From contig NMRA01001216.1 of the NCBI GenBank assembly GCA_002633005.1, forward strand, positions 1 through 39,099: 39,099 nt of DNA. Direction: 5' to 3'. The translations under genes and the position numbers were made by a program. Source of the DNA: Phoronis australis. Its lineage: Eukaryota; Animalia; Phoronida. Numbering within the stretch: the stretch's first letter is position 1; the number at the start of each line of letters is the position of its first letter. The notes beneath the pieces are model-generated. The model was not told the DNA's origin and made no database searches. It was given only the letters and a program-made list of their open reading frames with translations. Positions 13,001 to 25,000 of the stretch are shown piece by piece.

Positions 13001-16000
13001 AAACTATGGTGGCAGAACATAAAAACCTAGTTGCAGCACCAATAAACTCCAAGGCCGAACCGAAAAACCCATGACTCATTGGCAGGACCAAAAAACTTAA
13101 CTCTGGCTGCAGGCATAACACTGCGAGCCCCCGCATTTTGTGACTGATGCCGTAGGGCTCCCACTGTTTTCCGCCATTTTTGTCCTGTGTAACACTCTCC
13201 AATATGTCGCCATATTGAGAACGCGAGCTGCATGTATCTGAGTGGCGCGCGCCCGGTCTCTGTGATGTCTATCGGCACATCCTTGTTCGGTGTTGCATTT
13301 TTAGCGTGAATCCTGGTACCCTTCAGACAAGTGGAGATTTTAAAAATTTTGGTTTGTAAGAATATACAAGCATTTTAACATAAATTTCCGGAATTTGTAC
13401 TGCAAAATAATTCGGATTTTTGTCGCATTTCTTGCACCGGTGTAGTCACGGATTTGCCACTCAGGGTAGAAGCTCAAAATTACAGTTTGTGGTCAATTTT
13501 GATATCCCAACTTTTTCGGTGAGTCTACAGCAAAGCAAAAATACATGGCTTCGTTAAATTTCTTTGAGAAACCACGTTGAATGTGTTTTCTCTCAGTTAC
13601 GTCTTTACTCAGTTGTCTTGAAAAAGGGTACAAACAAGGCTTCTCATTAACGCAGACCAGTAATAGTGTCAAAATCAGCTACTCGAACTGTGGTCTGTGA
13701 ACCGATTTAGATGTACACTGTACATCTCCAACAAGTACCAGAACAAGAGATCCTTGGCTGATAGAGAAAATACTTTTAAACAGTTCAGGTCAAATTATGA
13801 TAGCATTACTCTGTGAAAGGACAAAACAGTAATAACGATTTGGAAGCAGGTAAGACAAGTGTGAGGTGTACATGTATGTTGTTAATGGAGCTGCGTCAAC
13901 GTATAGCAAAAAAATTATTGGCATCGTTGATGTACATTTTACTCAAATATTTCTAAAAACAGTTTACGGTACCAAAGCAACTTTTAAGCACTTAAAACAA
14001 ATTTTGTCACGAAAAAAACTACACTTGTATTTATATGTAAATGAATTCATGAAATTCGTGAAAGGCACCAATCTTCATCAACTTTACCAAAAAGAAATCG
14101 TTTTTCAAGCAACTTGTTCATTACACATTTTATGGTATTGACTATGAGAACATTCCAATTGGCCAAAATGAGCAATTAAAGAGATAAAAATTTAAATTTC
14201 TATAACCTGTTGAATAGCGATCAATTTTCATTTACTGTTACGTGTTTCAGATGTGTCACTATTGATACTGAATGACTTTACTTCGATGTATAGAAGGGCA
14301 AAGGAAAAAAATCATGCATACTGATTGCGATATGTGATATGTCTGATGCAAGTCGACCAAAACTTAGCTAAAACTGGGATGCGCTTTTGCCCTACATATC
14401 TCTACCATTTGACTTATATTCCCTACTTCATTATGCTTTTATTTTAAAAGTTTCGACCCTTCCCGCACTAACAACGTTGGAACAAAAATTGAACACTTGT
14501 TTTGCATGAACATCAGTCCACGCATACCCTACCAATATTTGGTGCTGCGGTTGTTAAAAGATGTTTAGTATTCTGCTACTTCCACCTCACTGATATTTGC
14601 TGGTTTAACACTTTTAATGTGATCATAAGTGTTTTGTTATTTGAGAATAGGTTTTCGTCGAAAATGACACATTGTTAACAAAATGTATTTTAAATTTGTA
14701 TATTTTGCAATTTTTACAACGTACATTCCAAATTATACAACCATGTTCAAATCTAAATGAGTTATTTTTTTACAATTGAGCAGTACTGCTACATGTATGG
14801 ATGTGGTGGAAAAGACGCAGTGAGGCCTTGGGGTTTAAGTGTTTGCCTCATGTCCACGAGGTTGCAGATTCAAATCGCACAGGACCCTACTCCAGGAACC
14901 TTGAGACACTTCTCTAGCTACTAAGGCTGTCTTTATCTTTGTATGTACATGTATATGTATATTTCATGTGTTTATTAATGAATGAAATTAGCCTTACGCG
15001 TTTGTCGCAATTGGACCAGGTGATTGGCATGCGAATATCTAATGCAGCCTATACCAGACCACCTGTTATTTTTGAAGTGGGAATGTTTAAACGAAGTCGT
15101 CAAGTGAGATATGTTTTAAAACATCTACTGGGCCTGTGAACTCATTCCTCACGCCCAAATACAAGACCGACGTACATTTCTGATTGACTTTTGGTCCTTA
15201 AACAAGTATTTTTAAAATGTACATATCAACTTGCCACAGGAAAGTCCGGTATAAACTGCATTGCTTATGTATGTGAGAAAGTATATTACCTGAAAACCAT
15301 GTACATGGGGCTAAATCACAATCAAGGCCCATATTCGCAAAATGACTGTGTTACGGTCTATAATAAATCTCTTTGGTCACTTACCAAATGCCAATTGAGT
15401 CTCATATGCAAAGGGTTATTTTGTTGTGCAAAATCGGAAATGTTTGAGAAATTTATGAATGTTTTCGTCTATGAATTTCTTGCATTTTAAGCGTTACGAC
15501 TGGCCCTTTAAAAAATACAACTTTCAACTGTCAACAGTAGAAAAAAATATTTTATTAAGTAAGCAATTGCTTTGATATGACTGGGAATAACTTGAGTCAC
15601 TTTCAGAACAACTTAGACGAAGTTGCGCTTAATCATTGAGAAATGCTGTTCTCATGAATAACACTGGTTTTCCAAATTGCATCCAGTATGACAAAAAAAC
15701 AATTGACATTATGAAATTTGTGGGTAATAAAATGCCAAACAGGAGTTGGTTANGTTGACAAGTTGAACACTTGGCCTAACCATTTTGACCAACTGGTGGA
15801 TGTATTGAAAACTAGGCAAATAGGACCAATAAAGTTGTCTGTAAATAAATGGTTACTTGACATTTTCTTTTTGTAAGAATCACATTGCAAGAGAAGATCT
15901 CATTATACTGTGTTAAGATATGCAATGTGTCATCATCTAGCACAACTTATCATCACGGTAATTTTCCTTACTTAAGTATGTGATATTTCATAAATTTGAT

Positions 16001-19000
16001 TAAGAACTTATTAAATTAACAGCTACCTTATGAATTTTTGAATGATAGAAGTAGGATGTGAGCACAAGTTGTAGTGTACGTACCCTTTTATACAAATGTG
16101 ATGCATTAGGCCATAAAATTTTATTCGGTAGTTCTTGGGCAAAAATATTTTAGAGCACAAACCTGGAGTGATTGTACTTTAAAGTAACCCAGGTTTTACA
16201 GCTATATGACGACCTTCATTTTTCAACATAAGTGGCCACCGAATATGGACTTTGATTCTTATTTGCTCTGTGGTTAAGAGGTAAATGTGGGGGTTAACAT
16301 TTGGTTCCAGCTATAGTAGTTACTTGTCAGTGAGCAATTACTGGATACAATTAAATTAACAAGAAAGTCTCTCTTTTGGAAAGTATCGAGTGCTAGCAGC
16401 AATATTTTCCTCGTCAATATACAGTGTATATCAAAATTGCCATGCCTTCGCTCTTTGAGACGTGTATTCCTATAACGTAGTGACACACTGTGTAATTATT
16501 GTGTCCGTGTAGGAGGTGATTGAATGGTGTATCAATGGGATTGTATGAAACAAACCGTCAAGAACTTTAGCTGATCTTTTTCAGTCCAGAAAAGTGGATG
16601 TTTGAGAACCTCTTTAGCGCATGGTCTCTCCTTTGGTGATTCTTGAGTCATCTTTCGGACAAGATCGTTTGCGCATGCAAGTTCATGACCTACAAAAATT
16701 AGATGGGAACAGAAAATGTGTTAGCAAGAGAATATTTTCAATAAAGCTATGTTTGTCATTGCATTACTCGAACGGGCGTAATCCTTGATTTTGCATGTGC
16801 ATGAGGCGTGACACCAATATATTCCCAACTGAAATAAAACTCAAGATTCACCTTTATACATAAATTACATAAATTTTGTAATTCAGATATGTAGTACACA
16901 GTCAAGAATGTATTAAAAGCTAATTACAAATGCTTTCTAGAACCACAAAATATATAAAATATAACATAAAATCGTTCCAAAATATGTGTACATGTATACG
17001 CACAGTCAGACTTCGTGACGAGGTACTACATAACTTTAATTCAAACGATAGAAAACCCGAATTAGTAGCAGTGTTATGCCCATAGAAAATCCGTTCTCAT
17101 TGTACACCCCGGTACATGTTTAATTTGCGGGAAAAGTCACATTTTGTTGAAATTTGCCAAATTTATAATGGGAATTTATGGTTTGTGACAACATCGTAAC
17201 AAATTACACTCCTCCAAAGTGGTCGCAGGATTCATTTTATAAGTTTTCACAGGTAACCTACGGCCAGAGGCTTACAAAATTCAAATCCTATATCGTCGGT
17301 CAATTGCTTCCTCCACTACTCGTTCACCAACAAATAAAAGTCCATTCAAATCTGTCATCGGTGACAACCCACACGTGAACTTCGCAGTAGGATTTTATTT
17401 CCCGAACATGAGGCATGTCACTGTTATCAAGTCTACCTGATTGTGAGACAAATGCGATTAAAAAGCAGCCAGAGATTATGGTGACACAAAAATAAAGCTT
17501 AAAACTCCGACGAATGTTGTGGAAAGCTCAAGCGATTTGCTCAAAACGAAATCGCCGGATATAGTTGATTTGTCCTAATATCCTGGTTTGGGAACCTATT
17601 GTATTGGAGAAACATGTACATCATTAACTCAAAGTGATGAACACCCTTGAGACTACAGACATTTTGCCTCAAAATATTAAACTTCTAGAACACTACTGCG
17701 CGCATAAAACCACTGAAACCATTACCACAATGCCTCATTCCAGAAAAAAAATCTGCCTTTACGGTTTCCTTTCTGCGATAGCTCTTTTTTGCACGGTACA
17801 TTCAGGGAGGCAGTAATGGTTTTACATGTAGATTCCTACACTAGGGTACCAGACAAACAAAGAGACTTCATCCCTTTATGGAGATGAGCATCCCACATGA
17901 GGAGTATCATAAAACTAACTACTCACTGCTTTCTTCGTAGGGATGACGTAAAACGTCCGGTTCTTTGGTCGCAAAATACAATTCAAGTATAACTTTACCA
18001 ACAGCAAAAATGTCATCTGAAGACGTCTGGAAGAGAGCAGAGAAACTAGGCGCATCTTTATTAAGTTTCGGCTTGAGACAGGGCAGTGTATTATGAAAAT
18101 CTGCAAATGTAGATGGATTTCAATAAAAATCAGCAGGGATGTTGTTTTTGATATGGCAATCACAAAAAATCATTTCGAGAAAAAAAATAGTCGGTTGCCT
18201 TGGCAACGCCAAAAATTACGTAACATTGGTACATCCACGAGAAACGTTATAAGTCATTGAAATAATCACAGAAGAACTATCAGACCACGAAAAATAAAAT
18301 AATAAACTAATCAGTTTTTAGTGAACATTTGAGCCTCTCCATTTCCAGTTTGACCAGAATATGTTGAGACAAAGTCCGTTTGGCAACTATGCTCGTGAAG
18401 TAGGATTGCAAGACTGCAACACATATAGTTTGTGAAGGGACACTTAAGTTGACTTGGGTCCATTAACACTTACTCGTGCAGCTCTGTAAAACCAAGTAAT
18501 GCTCTGCAACCCTCGTCAACAGTCACAAGTTTTTGCAAGGCTTGGAAAAATTTTCAGTCTTCGAAGTTGGCAAGGCCGACCCACAGTTAAGGAGAGTTAC
18601 ACAACAGTCTTAGGAAAAGGCTATCCCCAAAAATAATATCATAAATGTTGTTACGCTGTGTGTGTGTTTTTAATTGAATCCTGTTTGTAATATAGAAGTG
18701 ATACACCAATGGTGCAGTAACAGAACTATTATTATTTGAAATCTCCAAACATCGATAAGAATCAGGGTCAGATCCAGGATTTTGAGTTGGTGGAGGGGCA
18801 GGGCAGAGTATTAGCCAGGATTTTGCCCCTCAGACATTCGCCCCCCCCCCCAACTGTCACAAGGGATCTGTGAAAATTTAGGAGGCCATCGCCCCTTCGC
18901 CCTCTCCCCTTAAATTCGCCACATAGAATCCATTTAGCATTGGCACCAGTGTAAACAGCTCAATCAACACGCGAAAGCCAGCAGTTGAAGAAAACCGTAC

Positions 19001-22000
19001 ATTTCCACCTTCATATACATATATGTGAGTTTGTCATATTAGGGTCTCGCCTGACATACATGTATAGTATTTATGCGTAATGGCAATGAATCAAAAAGAA
19101 GTGTGTTTCGATTTCCGCCTTCTTAGTAATACTAAGTTTGAATTTGGGAATTAAAGGATTAAATGCCGTTATTTACAATCACGAAATGACGGCCATTAAC
19201 CTAAACATGTTTACGAGACATTATTTGTTTTGCCACATGATTGAAATATTGCCCTGGTCTTATGTGCCCGGTTGCATGAAATAGTCCTATATAGGGACCC
19301 AACTAAAGTCTTTTTTGTGTATTTGTGCCTTTGTGGACTCACGGATACAATATTTTTCTATCATTTCACCTTTAGTAAGAGCTCTTCTTTGTTTAATGAC
19401 TTTTTCTAATAATTTGAATAAAAACTGAACCCAGAGTTCATTGAAAATAAAAATTGATTTAGTCCTTAAATTGGGGGTGTTGCTTGAAAAGATCCCTAAA
19501 TATTTTCGATGATATTAGCAATTTAACTTTTATCAAAATCTCTTGGTCTATTTACACTGACCTCTAGTCTACACTGCCACGACGTTTCAGTCGGTATATT
19601 CTGTGGCCATTGTCAGGTGTTCCCGCGTTCTTAGAAGAACGAGCACGCATATGTACGAATTATATTATACTCAAACCTTTCTAAGTAGACTGAGCCAGGT
19701 TTCACTTGGTCGTTTGCTTGGCTGACTGAAGACACTGCCTTGTGTTTTCATGTAGATGGCTTCCTTGATCTTTGTCTTGGTCAACTTGTTTCACTCTCAA
19801 GTATTCGGATGTTATTCCGCTGAATATTGTGTTGTTTCGACGTCATGTGTTCTGCTACTCCTGATGAGGTATTACGCTCTCTACAACACATCTTATGTTC
19901 AGCAATTCTCGTCTCCAGTGGTCTTAATGTGTCACCGATATATGATTCACCACATTCACATAGGGTTTCATAGATGACATTTTTCTTTTCCCCATGTCAG
20001 TTCTTTGTTCGACTTTTGACAATTGCCGACCCAGTGTGTCTGACCTGCAGTATACTGTTCTTATTTTAAATTCGTTACATATGCGTCCTGGCGTCTCGAT
20101 TATTCCGGGTATATATGGAAAGCACATAGTCTGCAGGGGGCGTTCTTCTGCCACTTTCTTTTTTCTCTGCGATGTTAAATCCGACTTGATGAAATCCCTC
20201 GGTTTGCCATTTCTTTTGAAAGTCTCCGACAGGTTGGCCGTTTCTGCTTGGAGTGCTGTATCACTGCAAATTTCTTTTGATCTTGATGCAAGGCATTTGA
20301 TTAAACCACTCTTGACTCCTTCGGTGTGGTTGTGGTTGTTGCCAAGATATCGTCCTGTGTGGGTCTTACAGTAGACTGAAGTTGTTAGCTGTTCTTCAAC
20401 ACGAGTCACTAGTACGTCTAGGAATGGGAGACTGTTATTTGTCTCTTCTTTCGTTGTGAATCTAATTGTAGGCGATATGCTGTTCAGATGGTCAGGGAAC
20501 TCTGATGGATTTTCTGAGTCTTGGCTGAATATTGTAAATGTGTCATAAACGTATCGTTTCCACATCTTCTGGGGTCTGTTAGCTGAGCTGAGAGGAGTTT
20601 GTTCAAACCACTCCATGTACAAGTTAGCTAAGACTGGTGATAGTGGTGAACCCATTGCCATTCCTTGTGTCTGCTCGTAGAACTTGTCTTGGTATTGGAA
20701 GTAGGTGGTAATGACACAGAATGCCACTAATTCCAAAATGGAGTCTATTGGGAGGTTTACATCCTCTGATGGCTTGTGGTCATGTTCCAATTTTGACCTG
20801 AGTAATGGGATGACCTCTGATGTTGGTACACTTGTGAATAGGCCTTCGACATCAAAGCTCACCATGGTGTCATTTGGTGCAATGCTGACTGATGTAAACA
20901 TTGACACGAAATGCTTAGAGTCCTTTACGTACGAGTCAGTTTTTCTAACTAATGGGGATGTGATAATGTTGAGGAATCTAGCTAGTTGGTGACAGGGAGA
21001 ACCAATGTTGCTTATAACTGGTTTCATTAGCATATCAGGTTTGTGTATCGTAGGTTTACCATACATATACAGGGCTTTTGTGTTGTTTGGATTGATTCTC
21101 TGGAGTGTGTCACGTGGTAATGAGCCTTCTACAGTTTTCAGGAGGGATTTGATTTTTCTTTCCACGCTCTTGGTCTTGTCAGACTTTACTTCCTTATACT
21201 GACCATTGCATAGTAGATCAGTCATCTTCCTGCTGTAGTCATCCTTATCAAGTACTTATGTTGCATTGCCTGTGTCAGCTTGTAGAATGATGATGTTTTC
21301 ATCCCATGATAGGCTTCGTAGGGTCATCTCTTCATACCTGTTTAGGTTGTTTCTTGGCATTTTTGTTTTTGGTGAGTGTTTATCTACACTTAACACGTAA
21401 GGTTTCCTTATCAGCAGCTGGTAGCTTGATGGTGGCTGCTTTAATGCTGGCTACAACATCCATTGTTGGCATTTTTTTCGGTCGGATGGCATAGTTCAGA
21501 CCTTTGGACAGAAGTTGGGATTCGGCAACTGTCAGTTTTCAGCTTGACTTATTCACAACCACAGGAGTTATTTGCATGGCTTGATCCAGAGTCTATTTGC
21601 CCACTTTTAACGATTCCGTTAATGTCCCTTTATCACGAAGGCCAAACACAAACTGTTTGTGATCATGTTGAGATTTTCCCCATAGCTGCAATGCAATGGC
21701 AACCGCCGCAAATCGTCAATGAAGTCAGTGACAATCTCCTGCTCTTTCTGAGCTCGCATGGTAAAAGGGAAAACGTTCCGAGATTTCCAAGGGCTCAGGT
21801 TCAAAATGAGATTCTATCAACTTCACGCGCATTTGTTTTGTCCTTGGGAAGATCTGGGTGATCAGGCTATGCAAAATTCCATAGGCATCCTGCCCCATGT
21901 AGGTAAGAGTTGCCAAGACCTTCTTATCGCCTTCAATGTCATTTAATGCAAAATACTGCAGGGTACGTTCGACGTAAGTACTCCAAAGATCAGTAGAAGA

Positions 22001-25000
22001 ATCAAATACCTGTAGATTCCCTAGATGGTTCAACATCATCGCCAATTTGCCTTTAATCTGGGGGGCTCAAATTTCTGACGATGTCGACACAAAGGCGGCA
22101 GGGGACTAAAAAACCGGGATACCACCTTCAGGAATGTACACTGTGCGTCTGCGCCTTTTGGTGGACTTTGTCTCGTTTTCTAGGACTTTTTGTTTCTCTA
22201 TGGCGGACCTTTTTTCCCGCTTCGCCAAATGAGGGACGCTCGTTCAAGCACCCCAACCCCCCGAGTGCACGCATGGTTCGTGATGCTTCTGTTTGGTCCT
22301 CTGGGTGTAGGATGTTTTCGCTAGTTTACCCTCTAAAAACTTTGTAAGCACACCTCTGTTTAGGTGCTGTGCAAATTCAGGATGGTCTGTGAAACACTTC
22401 TTCGCTTCTCCAAGAAGGTGTTTCATCTGCGGAATTTCGTGGCAGCAAACGCAAGCGTCAGTCGTTTCCATTATCATGCAGTTAGCTCACTTTTACCATG
22501 ACAACTCATTCAAACCGTTTTCGGAACCATGTATCCATATGTTCCGTTGTCTGTGCACGTTCACGGAGCCTCTCTATTATTTCTTGATCAAAATACTCCG
22601 GTTCGATCTAGCTGATAGCCTGTGAAACAACGATCAACCTGTGAAGTCTTAGTCGGAGGAGCACTAGTCTAAGTCGGGATTGAGAGTTGCCACATTGACA
22701 TTTATTATTGTGCGCTCTGTTTCACAATGAAATATTCTCACCCTAAACACTGCTTATATAAAACTGAAACAAAATATGTCTCATTAGATACAATCTCTAA
22801 TGCCGTTGAGTGTTCGTGGGTGCAAATGTTTTGAAAAGCCAGCAATGAATAAATTATTGCTTTAGCGGCTTTAGATGCCGGTAATAAACTAATTGACTGG
22901 ACACCGAGGCCGTGTGAGCGAATGCTAATTCAGGGTTGGCTGACAGAAAGCTGTTGAGAAACAATAACTCGACTTTATATCGTATGGTCACATGTTAGGG
23001 AAATCTTTATTTAGACATTCATATACATTATTCGAATCTTTGTTACCACACAACTTTCACCCTGCCGGTTCTGACTTCACGAACCCGGAAGAGCAAGTAA
23101 GTAGATTTGAAGTTCGCGACTAATTCACCAAAATAATCACGTGTTATTTATATTTCTTTGGCTCACTATCATAGTCTTTTCGTGACTGGAAATTTGTTTT
23201 CAACTTTGGCTGGTTTATGTTCGTGATGCCTTTAGTCGGGCCGTGACGGGCCTGATCGGATTCTGAGCCACTGGCTGAGGATAGCAAGCATTTTGTGTGT
23301 TTAGAACTGAAAAACTCGCAAGTCAAAAACTGCAACACGCAGCTGTCTGTATTTCACGGACAAATAATTTGAATTTATCACCGAACAAATCCCAAACTCC
23401 CGCGACCGACCTTGGTAACTTGGACTACCAAACTTTGTAGGTTACGGTACGTTCAAGCGCCTAAAAATCCGTAACAACAGAGAAAAAAATAACACGTTTG
23501 TTCAATAACTCGATGTATTTGTAAGGGTTTTAGATCGAATTTTGATGATTAATTGGTGCGAAAGGATGATTTCAAGCGATAAGCTGGCACCACTAAGCGT
23601 GTTGTGAACTGCTGAATAGACTGCATTCGAGCCTCTGACGCCACTGGTTAATTTCAACACATCCGTCTGCCGTCAGGTGTCATGTAAAAGAGCTGTGCTT
23701 GTTGTTACCGAGTGGAACTACTCGATCTAAATTGATACAAACTAGGTTGTTTTTTGGGTGACATTTTCCTTTAAGCATACGCACTTTTATTCATTCCTGT
23801 TGACAATTATCCTAGTACATCGCCAATAAACATGGCGAAGAGGGTGTGTGACACAGCGCCACTGTTACGTGTGCAACAGGTGGAGGAAGCCGTCAGACTT
23901 CAACCTGAAGACAGGTATTCACGAAAAACCTTCTGGTAATTTTGACTTTCTACCTGATTACGCTGTTTCTCGGCTTGAGGTCACTCAGAGCTACTTGGTT
24001 AAAACCAGACTGGTCATTGCGAAAGACACAGAAAGCAATTTGTTTACTGAAAACTGCCTTTCAAATCAATCATACAGAAGATATAGAGCGGAATCAGTGG
24101 AAAAGTCAGTTTTTATCAGCATGATGATGGTTATGATGCCTGTTAAGAACACCGTGTTAGTCCAGATGCCGCAGCAGAATGAGCCTTGTGTGCCCTTCCA
24201 GAATGACAGACGGTGGACCAGAGGCCCACAATCAGCCAGCAGGTATGAGTTCTCCATTAGTTTATGAACGATCATGACCCTAGATTTTGTTCATATTTTA
24301 GAGTACAACCTAGTCAGAGACAGTCTTTGCAAATTTCAAAAGGTTTGACGTAATCATATCTTCAACATCAGCCTTTGCTGATGGTTCAAAATCTCCTGGT
24401 GTCATCAATGTAAAAGCGTTTAATAGACGTGACTTACTACATGTACATGTATATTAGTTCATAAAATAATGACATCGAGTACTTCCCCAGAGGAGTGGGT
24501 GAGACAGACATTCTTGTTTTGGATAAAAGGTTCCTAACTTTTTAGCACTTCAATAAGTCTTGTAGAGGCCTTGTTCGTGCCACTGTCTAGGCCATTCTAT
24601 AAGAGGATAACTCGTAAATGCGCTCCTCTGAAGAAGGACTTTACCGGTGCCTGTGCTAGTCGAGATCATCAGCCTTAACGTCATTGAATCAAAGTGGGAC
24701 CCATTGAAGGGTAGCAGCAAACCTTTTCGTTACAAGTCTCACTCGCTTGATTTGTAGTGTGAGGCCGGGTTTGTGGGGCTCGTTTTACGCCATCTGAATA
24801 CGGCTCTTGAGGTGCTGCACACCCCCCCCCCTCCTGCAGTGGTGGATTACCATCTTTTGAAAAAACACAAAGGTGCCTAAGTTATTACTTGGTGACACTT
24901 GTATAAGGGAGCTTTTTATTTTAGCCACTTTGATAAGTCGGATGTCCCCTTAATAGCCTGCCGTTATTCGATCCCATATTCCCAAGCTTCCTCTGCCCTA

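Noticed and set aside
14814-14890. Functional tRNA gene
   Set aside because: Boxes are degenerate and stems do not pair; better read as a SINE relic.
19994-21202. Plus-strand ORFs of 65-126 aa
   Set aside because: Antisense shadows of the Penelope RT ORF.
24470-24560. QECLSHPLLW resembling the EVLKHPLFW motif
   Set aside because: Out of order relative to the subdomain IX exon, preceded by an in-frame stop and lacking usable splice sites.
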